Source: an uncultured Rickettsiales bacterium (GTDB lineage Bacteria > Myxococcota_A > UBA796 > UBA9615 > CAYRNR01). From it: DNA of 64,000 nt. The position numbers were made by a program, and so were the translations under genes. Below, piece after piece: positions 1 to 10,808 of this stretch (within the stretch, counting starts at the first letter, position 1; the number at the start of each line of letters is the position of its first letter). Under the pieces are notes generated by a model that saw nothing but the letters and a program-made list of their open reading frames with translations, ran no database searches and was not told the DNA's origin. The stretch covers positions 3,047-67,046 of the forward strand of contig CAZITQ010000015.1 of assembly GCA_964542165.1 (NCBI GenBank), given 5' to 3'.

Positions 1-2938
1 CCTCCCAGGTCATGTTGTTGCGGAAGCGATAGGTCGTCCCCACCCCGTCCCCCTGGCGAGGGCGCAGCAGGTCCGTGGCGACCAGCTCGTCGAGGATGGA
101 TTCCATCCGCGACGGATCCGTCCCCAGGACCGTGGAGACGACGTCCAGCGGGAACTGCCGGCCGACCACCGCCGCCACCTCGAGCACCAGGCGGGGCTGG
201 GAGCCCACGGCGTCGAGCCGGGACTTGATCAGGTCCTGTACCGAGTCGGGCAGCTCGGCTGGGGTCAGACCGCCGGCGGTGATCACCCGGCCGCCCTCCA
301 CCCGTACGCGTCCCTCTCGCTTCAGACCGCGCAGCAACTCCTTGACGAACAGAGCGTTGCCGCCGCTGGCCTCGTCCACCACGTCCACCAGGTCCACCGG
401 GACGTCGTCGGTCTCCAGGAACTCCCGACAGTAGGCCAGGATCTCCGGCCTGCCCCAGCCGGGAAGGCGGAGCGCCATGACCCGCTCGTCCAGCTCCTCG
501 ACGGGCAGCTCGTCCTCGGGCCGCTGGGTGACGGCGACCAGCAGAGAGCAGGGCGGGAGTTTGCGGTGGAGATGGCGGACGAACTCGCGGGTCTGGCGGT
601 CGGTCCACTGGAGGTTCCTCAACGCGACCACCGTCGGCGTCGCGCGGGCCACGCCCGCGAGCAGGGTGGTCAGCGCGCGGAAGAGATCGGCGACGCGCTG
701 GTCCCCGGACAGGTACCGCAGCGGCGAGTCCTCGAAGCTCACCCCGAGCAAGGTCGACAGCAGGTGCACCTGCATCGAGGTCAGGTCGTGCCGCTTGCCC
801 AGGTCGTCCAGCCTGTCCCTCAGCTGGTCCTGGGGTTCTTCTCCCTCCAGACCTGCCAGCTGCCGCAGCACGTCGGCCACCGGCAGCATGGGTTCCTCCC
901 CGCCGTGGTAGCGGCTCCGACCCTGGTAGAAGGAGAACCCCAGCTCGGTGGCCCGGTGTTTGATCTCGTAGAGGAAGCGGGTCTTCCCGGCGCCGGCCTC
1001 GGCCAGCGCGGCCAGCACCACCGGCTCACCGGCCCCCACCCGGTCCAGCGCCTCCTGGAGGCGTTCGATCTCGTCCGCCCGGGGAATCCAGCGCCCGGCC
1101 TGGGACTCGTGCCCGGCCAGCTCCGGCTCCGCGCGCAGGCGATGCACGGTGACGGGATCGCGGCGGCCCTTGATGCTGAGCGGCTCGAGGGTCTCGAAGT
1201 ACGAGGCGTCCGGCGCGTGGGCGACCACCCGGTCGCTGATCAACACCTCGTCGGGGGACGCGGCCTCCGCGAGCCGGGTGGCCAGCTTCAGGGTGTCTCC
1301 GAGGGGCACGAAACGTCGGAGCCGCCGGCGCTTGCCACCGGCGGCCAGCGACCCGCGGTGTACCCCCATGCACAGGTGGATTCCCACCCGTCCCGCCAGG
1401 GGCCCCGAGCTGCTGAATCGGGACAGGGCGGCGGCACAGTCCAGGCAGAGCTCCCGGTCGTGTTCCCCCGTGCGCCCCAGTCCCCAGAACACCAGGAACC
1501 GGTCGTTGTAGAACCGATCCAGGGCCCCCTTGTAGCGCCGGACGACCCGCACGAGCCCCTTGAGGAAGCGGTAGTTGTGCCGGAGGAGATCCTCCTCGTC
1601 CAGGCGCTCGGCCAGCTGATCCATGCCGACCACGTCCGCAGCCAGGATGTAGACCTCCCGCCGTTCCCCCCCGGAGAGGCGGTCTCCCGGCGCGCCGGGG
1701 AAGGCCTCCAGCGAGCCGCTGTCGTGGCCCCCGAGGCTGCCGGTCACGTCGGACAGGGAGAGCTGGCCCGTGTCCAGCGAGTCCTCCTCCGGCCCCGTGC
1801 CACCGCCGGACAGCCCCGTGAGGCTCGGCCGCGACGCCGCGGTGTCGGTCACGCCTCCGTCGGCGCCCCGGGCCCCCGCCGGCGGTGGCGGTGAATACCG
1901 GGGGACCGCGTCCTCCCCCCTCCCCGGGTCGGGGGGGCCGGGGCGCTCGAGGGCCAGCGCGTCGTACTCGGGCTCGAAGTTGTTGATCACCGAACCGGCG
2001 GCCGCGTCCCGGCCGTACTCCTTGGCGAACAGGTCCCGCAGGTAGGCCCCGAGTTCGAACCGGTTCACCCGCGGGGCGTCCTCCACCAGGTAGCCCAGCA
2101 ACGCGTTCTGCAGTTCGGCTGCGGTCTGGAATCTCAGGTCCGGCTCACGCGCCAGGGCGGTGAAGATGATCTCCTCCAGCCGCGGATCCACGGCCGGGTT
2201 GAGCGACGATGGGCGGGGGACGGTGCCGTCCAGGATCGCCTGCTTCTTCTCCTCCACCCGCATCCCGGCATACAGCCGCTTGCCGGTGACCAGTTCGAAC
2301 AGCACGATCCCCGTGGAGTAGATGTCGCTGCGCCCGTCCAGGGGCGCCACGCCCAGGTGCTCGGGGGACATGTAGGCGTACTTGCCGCCCGGGACGCGCC
2401 CCTCCCCCGTGGCGTCCCGTCCGACCTGGGCGATCCCGAAGTCGAACAGCTTGACATCCCCCTGGTAGCTCAGCAGCACGTTGTGGGGCGAGATGTCCCG
2501 ATGGACCACGTTCAGCGCCCGACCGGTGGGGTCCTTCAGGTCGTGGGCGTAGTCCAGGCCGCGGGCCATCTCGGCCACCACGAAGCTGGCCAGTGGGATC
2601 GGAATCGGCCGCTTGGTGCGTCCGGCCTGACGCATGGTCCGCATCAGATCCGCGCCGTGCACGTACTCCATGGCGATGTAGTAGTCCGTGCCCACCACGC
2701 CCAGGTCGTAGACCTGCACGATGTTGGCGTGGCTCAGCGAGACCGAGACCTTGGCCTCGTTGATGAACAGGGACACGAACTCCCGGTTCCGGGAGAGATT
2801 CGGCAGGATCTTCTTGATCACGAGCAGCTTCTCGAAGCCCATCACACCGTAGGACTTGGCCTTGTAGACCTCGGCCATGCCACCCGTGGCGATGCGCTCG
2901 ATGAGCAGGTACTTGCCGAAGCGGACCGGTTCGAACAT
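1..2938 (-). CDS. Multidomain Ser/Thr protein kinase: N-terminal Hanks kinase, central degenerate class-III cyclase-homology-like domain, AAA/STAND-type P-loop NTPase. The C-terminus runs off the left window edge.
   Basis: Absent from the ORF track because the frame stays open to position 1. Minus strand from ATG (complement of 2936-2938) reads MFEPVRFGKYLLIERIATGGMAEVYKAK...VVHRDISPHNVLL...KLFDFGIA...YMSPE (Hanks subdomains). Further on there is a cyclase-homology-like block (EVYILAADVVGMDQL ... GDTLKLATRLAE) and a Walker A (LAEAGAGKTRFLYEI). Plus-strand ORFs 566-1894 and the first ~250 codons of 2357-4546 are its antisense. Confidence 0.85.
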   Translation of the reverse strand, partial: MFEPVRFGKYLLIERIATGGMAEVYKAKSYGVMGFEKLLVIKKILPNLSRNREFVSLFINEAKVSVSLSHANIVQVYDLGVVGTDYYIAMEYVHGADLMRTMRQAGRTKRPIPIPLASFVVAEMARGLDYAHDLKDPTGRALNVVHRDISPHNVLLSYQGDVKLFDFGIAQVGRDATGEGRVPGGKYAYMSPEHLGVAPLDGRSDIYSTGIVLFELVTGKRLYAGMRVEEKKQAILDGTVPRPSSLNPAVDPRLEEIIFTALAREPDLRFQTAAELQNALLGYLVEDAPRVNRFELGAYLRDLFAKEYGRDAAAGSVINNFEPEYDALALERPGPPDPGRGEDAVPRYSPPPPAGARGADGGVTDTAASRPSLTGLSGGGTGPEEDSLDTGQLSLSDVTGSLGGHDSGSLEAFPGAPGDRLSGGERREVYILAADVVGMDQLAERLDEEDLLRHNYRFLKGLVRVVRRYKGALDRFYNDRFLVFWGLGRTGEHDRELCLDCAAALSRFSSSGPLAGRVGIHLCMGVHRGSLAAGGKRRRLRRFVPLGDTLKLATRLAEAASPDEVLISDRVVAHAPDASYFETLEPLSIKGRRDPVTVHRLRAEPELAGHESQAGRWIPRADEIERLQEALDRVGAGEPVVLAALAEAGAGKTRFLYEIKHRATELGFSFYQGRSRYHGGEEPMLPVADVLRQLAGLEGEEPQDQLRDRLDDLGKRHDLTSMQVHLLSTLLGVSFEDSPLRYLSGDQRVADLFRALTTLLAGVARATPTVVALRNLQWTDRQTREFVRHLHRKLPPCSLLVAVTQRPEDELPVEELDERVMALRLPGWGRPEILAYCREFLETDDVPVDLVDVVDEASGGNALFVKELLRGLKREGRVRVEGGRVITAGGLTPAELPDSVQDLIKSRLDAVGSQPRLVLEVAAVVGRQFPLDVVSTVLGTDPSRMESILDELVATDLLRPRQGDGVGTTYRFRNNMTWE

Positions 2939-3112
2939 CGCAGCCCGGGACCCCGACGTCAGCGAACGGGGTCGACGAGGGTTGAGAGGAGATTGTATGC
3001 ACGGGGGGCTGGGAGATTGAAGCCCCATTGCGCGCGTGTCGCCCGAAGCGCGCGCAGGATTGCCCAAAGACGCCGTGACTCCTACCATGGGACGTTCGTT
3101 CGGAGGTCGTGG

Positions 3113-4546
3113 ATGTCGCCCTGGATCGGGGGGCGGCGCGGAGCCACGGACTCCTTCTGGGGACGGATGATGCAACGGTCCTGGGTCGCCCTGCTCGCAG
3201 TGCTCGCCTTCGTGGTCGGGTTGTGGTGCGCGCCCTGGATCTACCGGGCCACCTGGCCCGCGCCGGAGACGCCGGACACCGATTCGGGCGAGCCCACCCC
3301 CCTGTTGCTGGCGACGCCCACCCCCGGCGACCGGGACCTCCCGCGGTTGTCCCTGCTGTACGAGCAGCTCTCCCCGTCGGTGGTGAACATCTCCGTGTTG
3401 ACCGCGGACACGTCCACGGGGCGCGGGCGCGGGTACGGCCTGGACGCGTACGTGCCCCTGCGGGAGAGCCGCGGATCGGGGCTGGTCCTGACCCGCGACG
3501 GCTCCGTGCTCACCAACCACCACGTGATCGCGGGCGCCCGTCAGGTGCAGGTGCAGCTGGCTGATGGACGCGTGCTGCCGGCCAGCGTGGTGGGCAGTCA
3601 CGAAGCCACCGACCTGGCCCTGCTGCAGCTGGAGAGCGATAGCTCCCTGCAACTCCAGCCCGTGATCCTGGGCAACTCCTCGAGCCTGCGGGTCGGGGAA
3701 TGGGTATTCGCCATCGGCAACCCCTTCGGCCTCAACCACTCGCTCACGACCGGGGTCGTCAGCTACATCGGCCGCCCCCCCGGGGACGAGACCCTCCTGT
3801 TCGACTTCATCCAGACCGATACGGCCATCAACCCCGGCAACAGCGGCGGTCCGCTGTTCAACCTCGCGGGCGAGGTGGTCGGCATCAACACCGCGATCCT
3901 GGGCGACGCGGAGGGGATCGGGTTCTCGATCCCCATCGACACCGTGCGCGCGGTGGTCCCCGTGCTCCGGGAGACAGGGGAGTTCCATCGGGGGTACCTG
4001 GGCGTGACCCTGGCGCCCGCCGACGATCCCACGGGCGGCGGGGCGGCCATCGCCCGGGTGTTCGAGGGCACGCCTGCGGACAGCGCGGGGATCCAGCCGG
4101 GGGACGTGCTCCGCCGGATCGGGGAACGAGACATCGAGAGTCCTCATACCGTGCCCCAGGTGATCGGTCTCTCGCCTCCGGGCACGGAGCTGCTCGTCGA
4201 ACTCCAGCGCGGCGACACCGTCGTCGAGGTACCGGTGGTGATCGGCGACTTCGAAGCCCTGAGCGAGGCGGCCGAGATCGAGGTACCCTCCCTGGGCATC
4301 ACGGTCAGCCCGGCGGGAGAAGAGGACCGGCGGCGGGCTCGCCTGGCCGGCTCGGGCCTCGTGGTCGGATCCGTGGATCCGGCCGGACCCGCGGGTCGGA
4401 GTCTGACCCCGGGCGACGTGGTGTTCGAGCTCGATTACGAACCGGTGGACGACCCCGTCCGCTTCGCTGCCCAGCTCCAGCAGAGCGGCAGGCATCTGTT
4501 GCTGGTGAGCCGCCGGGGGCGCGTCTTCCCCCTGTGGGTCCAGTGA
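3113..4546 (+). CDS. htrA: HtrA/DegP-family periplasmic serine protease with PDZ domains (membrane anchored)
   Basis: Same frame as track ORF 2357-4546, whose upstream part is antisense of the kinase gene. ATG 3113 lies 6 nt after GGAGG (3102-3106). N-terminal anchor WVALLAVLAFVVGLW. Catalytic triad contexts are TNHHV, DLALL and GNSGGPL. Two PDZ-like C-terminal segments. Alternative starts at ATG 3167/3170. Confidence 0.85.
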   Translation: MSPWIGGRRGATDSFWGRMMQRSWVALLAVLAFVVGLWCAPWIYRATWPAPETPDTDSGEPTPLLLATPTPGDRDLPRLSLLYEQLSPSVVNISVLTADTSTGRGRGYGLDAYVPLRESRGSGLVLTRDGSVLTNHHVIAGARQVQVQLADGRVLPASVVGSHEATDLALLQLESDSSLQLQPVILGNSSSLRVGEWVFAIGNPFGLNHSLTTGVVSYIGRPPGDETLLFDFIQTDTAINPGNSGGPLFNLAGEVVGINTAILGDAEGIGFSIPIDTVRAVVPVLRETGEFHRGYLGVTLAPADDPTGGGAAIARVFEGTPADSAGIQPGDVLRRIGERDIESPHTVPQVIGLSPPGTELLVELQRGDTVVEVPVVIGDFEALSEAAEIEVPSLGITVSPAGEEDRRRARLAGSGLVVGSVDPAGPAGRSLTPGDVVFELDYEPVDDPVRFAAQLQQSGRHLLLVSRRGRVFPLWVQ

Positions 4547-4562
4547 GACCGTGGAGGTGAAC

Positions 4563-6890
4563 GTGAGTCCCGCAGATCGGCCAGCGGAGCTCCCCTCGGA
4601 GGCCTTGCTGATCCCATTGCGGGAGGAGGTGCTCCTCCCGGGAGCCATCGGCTCGACCCACGTGGAGCAGCCCCGTGTGATCCGGGCCCTCGACGGCCTG
4701 GACGAGGACGGCTACCCGGTGGTGCTGGTACCCCTGCGGGATCCGGCGGGTTCGCCCCTGGCCCGGGGGAACCTCCACGACGTGGGTTGCCTCGGGCGGA
4801 TCGTCCGCGTGCTCACCTACCCGGACGGCAGCGTTCGTCTGCTCGCCGAGGGCATCGAGCGGGTGCGCCTGAGCCGTGGCGTCCGGCGCACGGGCGCCCC
4901 ACGGGTGGCCCTGGAGCAGCACGACATGCCCGTGCCCGCGGACGGTCACCTGGACGCCCTGGCCCAGGCCACGCTGGAGGCCTACCAGGCCTATTTCGCC
5001 CTGGTGGCCAGCGTGGCCCCGGACCTGGAGCAGTTCGTGCCCGGCGTGGAGGAGCCGACCCGGCTGGCCGACTACGTGGCCTCGAACCTCGGCCTGGAGC
5101 GGGACGAGCAGGTCGCGTTCCTGTCCCTCGACGACTCCGCCGACCGTCTGCGGTCGGCCCTGGACATGGTCACCCAGCGCCGGGAGGTGGCCCAGCTGCA
5201 CGGCGACGTCCAGGCCCGCGTACAGGCGGCCATGGACCGCCACCAGCGCGAGTACTTCCTCAAGGAACAGCTCAAGGTGATCCGCAGCGAGCTCGGGGAG
5301 CTGGGATCCGTCGAGGGTGAGACCGAGGTCCTCAGGGGCCGCGTGGCCAAGGCGGGGATGCCAGACGACGTGCGGGAGGAGGCGGAGCGCGAGCTGGAGC
5401 GCATGACCCGTATGCACCCCGACGCCGGCGAGTACGGCGTGTCCCGCTCGTACCTGGACTGGCTGCTGGCCATGCCCTGGCGCAAGGTCACCCGCGACCG
5501 CCTGGATCTGGTGCGCGCCGAGGCGATCCTGGACAAGGACCACTGCGGGCTGGAGCGGGTGAAGGAGCGGGTGGCCGAGTACCTCGCCGTCCGGCAGCTC
5601 AAGGCCGACATGAAGGGCCCGATCCTGTGCTTCATGGGCCCACCCGGGGTGGGCAAGACCTCCCTGGGCCGCTCCATCGCGAGGGCCCTGGGGCGGCGTT
5701 TCGAGCGCATCTCCCTGGGCGGGGTCAAGGACGAGAGCGAGATCCGCGGCCACCGACGGACCTACGTGGGCTCCATGCCGGGTCGCATCATCCAGTCGAT
5801 CCGGCGGGCCGGCACCCGCAACCCGGTGATCATGCTCGACGAGATCGACAAGGTGGGCACCGACTTCCGCGGCGATCCGGCGTCCGCCCTGCTCGAGGCC
5901 CTGGACCCGGAACAGAACCACGCCTTCGTGGACCACTACCTGGACGTTCCCTTCGACCTGAGCCAGGTGATGTTCCTGCTGACCGCCAACATCGCCGAGA
6001 CGATCCCATCGGCCCTCCACGACCGGCTCGAGATCATCGAGCTTCCCGGCTACACCGAGGAGGAGAAGCTCGACATCGCTCGCAGTCACCTGGTCACCAA
6101 GCAGATCCGAGGTCACGGACTGCAGCGCCGCCAGATCCGCTTCACCGAGGAGGCGCTGTCCGAGACCATCCGGGGCTACACCATGGAGGCGGGTGTCCGG
6201 AACCTGGAACGCGAGATCGCCCGCTGCTGCCGCAAGGCAGCCCGCGCCATCGTGCGCAAGGAGTGCAAGCGGCTCGACGTGCGCAACGACAACCTCGTGG
6301 ATCTCCTCGGTCCCCGGAGGTTCTTCCTCGATATCGCCGAGCGGATGGACATGCCCGGTGTGGCCGTGGGCCTGGCCTGGACCCCCACCGGGGGCGAGAT
6401 CCTGTTCATCGAGGCCACCCGCATGGACGGTGGCAAGCGCTTCCGGGTGACCGGTCAGCTCGGCGAGGTGATGAAGGAGTCGGCCGAAGCCGCCCTGAGC
6501 TACATCCGCGCCAACGCGGAGCGGCTGGGCATCGACCCGGGCTTCTGGCGCACCTCCGACCTGCACGTGCACGTGCCCGCGGGTGCGATCCCCAAGGACG
6601 GACCGTCCGCGGGGATTCCGCTGACCATCGCGCTGGTGTCCTTGCTCTCCGGCCGCCAGGTGGCCGACGACCTGGCCATGACCGGCGAGATCACCCTGCG
6701 GGGCAAGGTGCTGCCCGTGGGAGGGATCAAGGAGAAGGTGCTCGCGGCCCGGCGGGCGGGCATCCGTCGGGTGGTGCTGCCGTCGGCCAACGAGAAGGAC
6801 CTGCTCGACATCCCCGAGCCCCTCCGCAACTCCATGGAGTACTCGTTCGTGGAGCGCATCGAACAGGTGGTGGAGATCACCCTGGGCTGA
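4563..6890 (+). CDS. lon: ATP-dependent Lon protease
   Basis: Walker A GPPGVGKTSLGRS, Walker B IMLDEIDK, proteolytic Ser context PKDGPSAGI and Lys context GGIKEKVLAARRAG. Lon N-terminal domain (LIPLREEVLLPG). Start uncertain: the track uses GTG 4551, while the in-frame GTG 4563 sits 5 nt after GGAGG (4553-4557). Confidence 0.93.
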   Translation: MSPADRPAELPSEALLIPLREEVLLPGAIGSTHVEQPRVIRALDGLDEDGYPVVLVPLRDPAGSPLARGNLHDVGCLGRIVRVLTYPDGSVRLLAEGIERVRLSRGVRRTGAPRVALEQHDMPVPADGHLDALAQATLEAYQAYFALVASVAPDLEQFVPGVEEPTRLADYVASNLGLERDEQVAFLSLDDSADRLRSALDMVTQRREVAQLHGDVQARVQAAMDRHQREYFLKEQLKVIRSELGELGSVEGETEVLRGRVAKAGMPDDVREEAERELERMTRMHPDAGEYGVSRSYLDWLLAMPWRKVTRDRLDLVRAEAILDKDHCGLERVKERVAEYLAVRQLKADMKGPILCFMGPPGVGKTSLGRSIARALGRRFERISLGGVKDESEIRGHRRTYVGSMPGRIIQSIRRAGTRNPVIMLDEIDKVGTDFRGDPASALLEALDPEQNHAFVDHYLDVPFDLSQVMFLLTANIAETIPSALHDRLEIIELPGYTEEEKLDIARSHLVTKQIRGHGLQRRQIRFTEEALSETIRGYTMEAGVRNLEREIARCCRKAARAIVRKECKRLDVRNDNLVDLLGPRRFFLDIAERMDMPGVAVGLAWTPTGGEILFIEATRMDGGKRFRVTGQLGEVMKESAEAALSYIRANAERLGIDPGFWRTSDLHVHVPAGAIPKDGPSAGIPLTIALVSLLSGRQVADDLAMTGEITLRGKVLPVGGIKEKVLAARRAGIRRVVLPSANEKDLLDIPEPLRNSMEYSFVERIEQVVEITLG

Positions 6891-6954
6891 AGGCGCCTCG
6901 ACCACAGGCGCGCGACTTGCAATACCGGCCGGGTCGGGCGCGTAATGTAGGGCC

Positions 6955-8214
6955 ATGACCGATACCGACTCCAAGGACACCTCTGCGCCGTCCGAGGGCA
7001 AGGAGCCGCCGGCCGCTCCCCCCTCACGGTCCCGCCTTCCCCTTCTCATCGGTTGGTGGGCGCTGCGGCTGCTGACCCTGGCAGCGGCGGTCCTGCTGGC
7101 GGCCCACTGGCTCGCGGGCACGACGTCGAACGGGTGGATTCAACTCGTGGCCGCGTGCGCGATATGCCTCGGACTGCCGGCGGTGTTCCAGTACGTCATT
7201 CGCCGACAGATCGGGCGGATGGGGGGCAAGGCCCGCTTCCGATGGCTCACGCTGGCGATGCTCCTCAACGGTCCGGTGCTGATCTGGGTCGGAGCGCGGC
7301 ACCCCGGCACCCTCGTCGACGCCCTGAAGCAGGAGGGGGTGGGCGGCCTGAAATGGATCGCCTACACCGTGGGGGTCCACGAACCCGGCACGGCGCCCGC
7401 GGACGACGCCAGCGCCGACGGCGGCGAGGTGACCACCGAGCCCGCCGGCGGTGGGGAGCCGGGTGGTACCGAGGCCGTCGCGGTCCCGACCGGAGCCCCG
7501 GACCCGGCCGCGGCGACCCAGGTCTCGCCCCCGGGGGACCCGATCCCGTTCGAGAACCGCAACGGGCAGCTGATCATCGAAGCCACGGTCGGAGACGGCG
7601 TACCCCTGTCCTTCGTCCTGGACACCGGGGCGACCTACTCGACCCTCAACGCGGCCACGCTGGCCGCACTCGGGATCGAGATTCCGGCCGACGCGCCCCA
7701 CAAGACCATGCGAACCGCCGGAGGCGAGGCGGACGGACCCATGGTCCTGATCGACTCCGTCGCGGTCGGCGATCAGCGCAGAGAAGGGGTGGCCTTCTGG
7801 ATCTGCGAGCCCTGCGCGACCGAGGGCGCCGTGGGCCTGCTCGGGCTCAACGTCTGGCAGGGCTTCCTGCTCACCATCGATCCCTCCCAGGAGAACATCT
7901 GGCTGCAACCCAAGGAGGGGCACACCAACCGCTTGTACGACGTGGAGTCGTTCCTGGACATCACCTCGCCCACCAGCCGGATCGAGGGGGAGACGGTCTA
8001 CGTGGATCTGCTGCTGAGCAACACCGCCCGACGTGACGTGGATCAGGCCGTCGTGCTGGTCACCGCCCGGGACGAATCGGGCCGCGACATGGGTGCGATC
8101 ACCGTCGACGCCGGGGGGATCCCGGGGCTGGGAAGCACCATGGCCACCGGTACGATGCCCGGGGCCGGCGAGACGACCCAGCTCACGTTTTCGCTCATCG
8201 ACGCCCGCTGGTAG
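6955..8214 (+). CDS. Polytopic membrane protein with retropepsin-like (clan AA) aspartic protease domain
   Basis: About three N-terminal hydrophobic helices (LLIGWWALRLLTLAAAVLLAAHWL, WIQLVAACAICLGLPAVF, LTLAMLLNGPVLIWV). An acidic/Pro linker follows, then LIIEATVGDGVPLSFVLDTGATYSTLN with the D-T-G-A signature, then an extra C-terminal domain. Confidence 0.7.
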   Translation: MTDTDSKDTSAPSEGKEPPAAPPSRSRLPLLIGWWALRLLTLAAAVLLAAHWLAGTTSNGWIQLVAACAICLGLPAVFQYVIRRQIGRMGGKARFRWLTLAMLLNGPVLIWVGARHPGTLVDALKQEGVGGLKWIAYTVGVHEPGTAPADDASADGGEVTTEPAGGGEPGGTEAVAVPTGAPDPAAATQVSPPGDPIPFENRNGQLIIEATVGDGVPLSFVLDTGATYSTLNAATLAALGIEIPADAPHKTMRTAGGEADGPMVLIDSVAVGDQRREGVAFWICEPCATEGAVGLLGLNVWQGFLLTIDPSQENIWLQPKEGHTNRLYDVESFLDITSPTSRIEGETVYVDLLLSNTARRDVDQAVVLVTARDESGRDMGAITVDAGGIPGLGSTMATGTMPGAGETTQLTFSLIDARW

Positions 8215-8226
8215 CGCGAGAGGGAC

Positions 8227-9417
8227 TCAGACGCCGGGCCACAGGCCCGACCGGGCCTGGAATCCACTGCGCTCCTCCATGGCCATCAGCGCCTCCTTGT
8301 CCTCGTCGGACAGGTCCGGAGGCAGGACGATCTGGACCTCCACGTACTGGTGCCCGCGCGATCCCTTGCCGCGGGGGTCCTTGAGCCCCTTGTTCCGCAG
8401 GCGCAGGCGCTGTCCGCTGCGCACCCCGGGCGGGATGGTCAGGGCCGACGTGCCGTCCAGGGTGGGGACCTTCACCTTGGCGCCGGCGACGGCCTCCGCG
8501 GGGGAGATGGGGCAGCTCAGGTGGACGTCCTTGCCGTCCCGCCTCAGGAAGCGGTGTCCCTTGACCTCCAGCTCGATGATCAGGTCGCCCGCCCAGGCGC
8601 CCCGGGTGCCCGCGTTTCCCTTGCCCGAGAGCCGGATCTTGCTGCCGGCCTGCACCCCCTCGGGGATCTTGACCGTCAACCGCTCCTGCCCGTCGACCCG
8701 ACCATCGCCCTGGCAGGTCTCGCACTCGGTGAGGCTGGTCTTGCCGGTCCCCGCGCAGTAGGTGCAGGTCTCCTCCACCTGGACGGGGCCTGGATTGGCG
8801 GCGACCTTGCCCCGTCCGATACAGATCGGGCACTCCCGCAGCTTGCCACCGGCGACACGCCCGGAGCCCTTGCACGCGTCGCACGAGACCTGGCGCCTGT
8901 ACTGGATCGTGGTGGAGCCGCCACGGGCCGCCGTGGGGAAGTCGATCTCCAGGGTCAGCCGTAGATCCGCCCCCCGGGACGGTGGCGGGCCGGTGTCCCC
9001 CTTCGGCGGTGGCGCACCCCGCTGGTGGGAGCGCACCCGCCCTCCCCCCATACCGGAGAACAGGTCGTCGAAGGCGGAACGGCGCTGCTGTTGCTGGTAG
9101 GCGCCGCTGGCGGCGCGGCCCGTGAACCCGGTGAACCCGCGGATCAGGTCCTCGACGTCGATGCCGCCGAAGCCTCCCGCCTCGGAGATCCCCGGACCCC
9201 CGTCGTGCCCGTACGCATCGTAGCGCTGTCGCAGGTCGTCGTTGGAGAGGACCTCGTAGGCCTCGTTGATCTCCTTGAACCGGTCCTCGGCGTCCTTGTC
9301 CCCCCCGGTGACGTCCGGGTGGTACTTGCGGGCGAGCTTGCGGAATGCCTTCTTGACCTCGTCGTCGCCCGCGTCGCGACCGACGCCCAGAACCTCGTAG
9401 TAGTCTCGCTTGGCCAT
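8227..9417 (-). CDS. dnaJ: Molecular chaperone DnaJ (type I Hsp40)
   Basis: [12 protein letters not shown]...KYHPD J domain and a Gly/Phe-rich linker. Four CxxCxGxG zinc-finger repeats ([32 protein letters not shown]). ATG is the complement of 9415-9417. The 22 extra N-terminal codons of track ORF 8227-9483 look non-coding. Confidence 0.92.
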   Translation of the reverse strand: MAKRDYYEVLGVGRDAGDDEVKKAFRKLARKYHPDVTGGDKDAEDRFKEINEAYEVLSNDDLRQRYDAYGHDGGPGISEAGGFGGIDVEDLIRGFTGFTGRAASGAYQQQQRRSAFDDLFSGMGGGRVRSHQRGAPPPKGDTGPPPSRGADLRLTLEIDFPTAARGGSTTIQYRRQVSCDACKGSGRVAGGKLRECPICIGRGKVAANPGPVQVEETCTYCAGTGKTSLTECETCQGDGRVDGQERLTVKIPEGVQAGSKIRLSGKGNAGTRGAWAGDLIIELEVKGHRFLRRDGKDVHLSCPISPAEAVAGAKVKVPTLDGTSALTIPPGVRSGQRLRLRNKGLKDPRGKGSRGHQYVEVQIVLPPDLSDEDKEALMAMEERSGFQARSGLWPGV

Positions 9418-9548
9418 GGCTGTTCCTGGATCGGCTAGTCGGCTACAGCCTCCCCAGGATAACCATCCGCGGGGGATTCGCAACGCTGCAAGGTCCCGCG
9501 CGCCCGCGCGCTGCGCGGATGGCTATAATCACGCCGCGTGACACGACC

Positions 9549-10787
<1,239 letters not shown>

Positions 10788-10808
10788 ATCCGCGGAACGG
10801 CCAATCCC

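Noticed and set aside
2357-3112. N-terminal 250 codons of track ORF 2357-4546 as part of the HtrA-like protease
   Set aside because: This part is the mirror image of the kinase catalytic loop on the other strand (DIPLVAQQHVVGRDVPMDH is the antisense of HRDISPHNVLL...). The protease signal anchor and an SD-ATG occur at 3113.
4305-7121. 938-aa minus-strand ORF, one of the longest in the track
   Set aside because: It is exactly antisense to lon, which has unambiguous Walker and Ser-Lys motifs. Its translation is Arg/Gly/Pro/Ala/His-rich with no motifs. Long open antisense frames are expected in GC-rich DNA.
9418-9548. CIRCE/HrcA-type heat-shock operator in the dnaJ-clpX divergent region
   Set aside because: No TTAGCACTC-N9-GAGTGCTAA-like element is present, only GC-rich palindromic runs (gcgcgcccgcgcgc) of no recognisable type.
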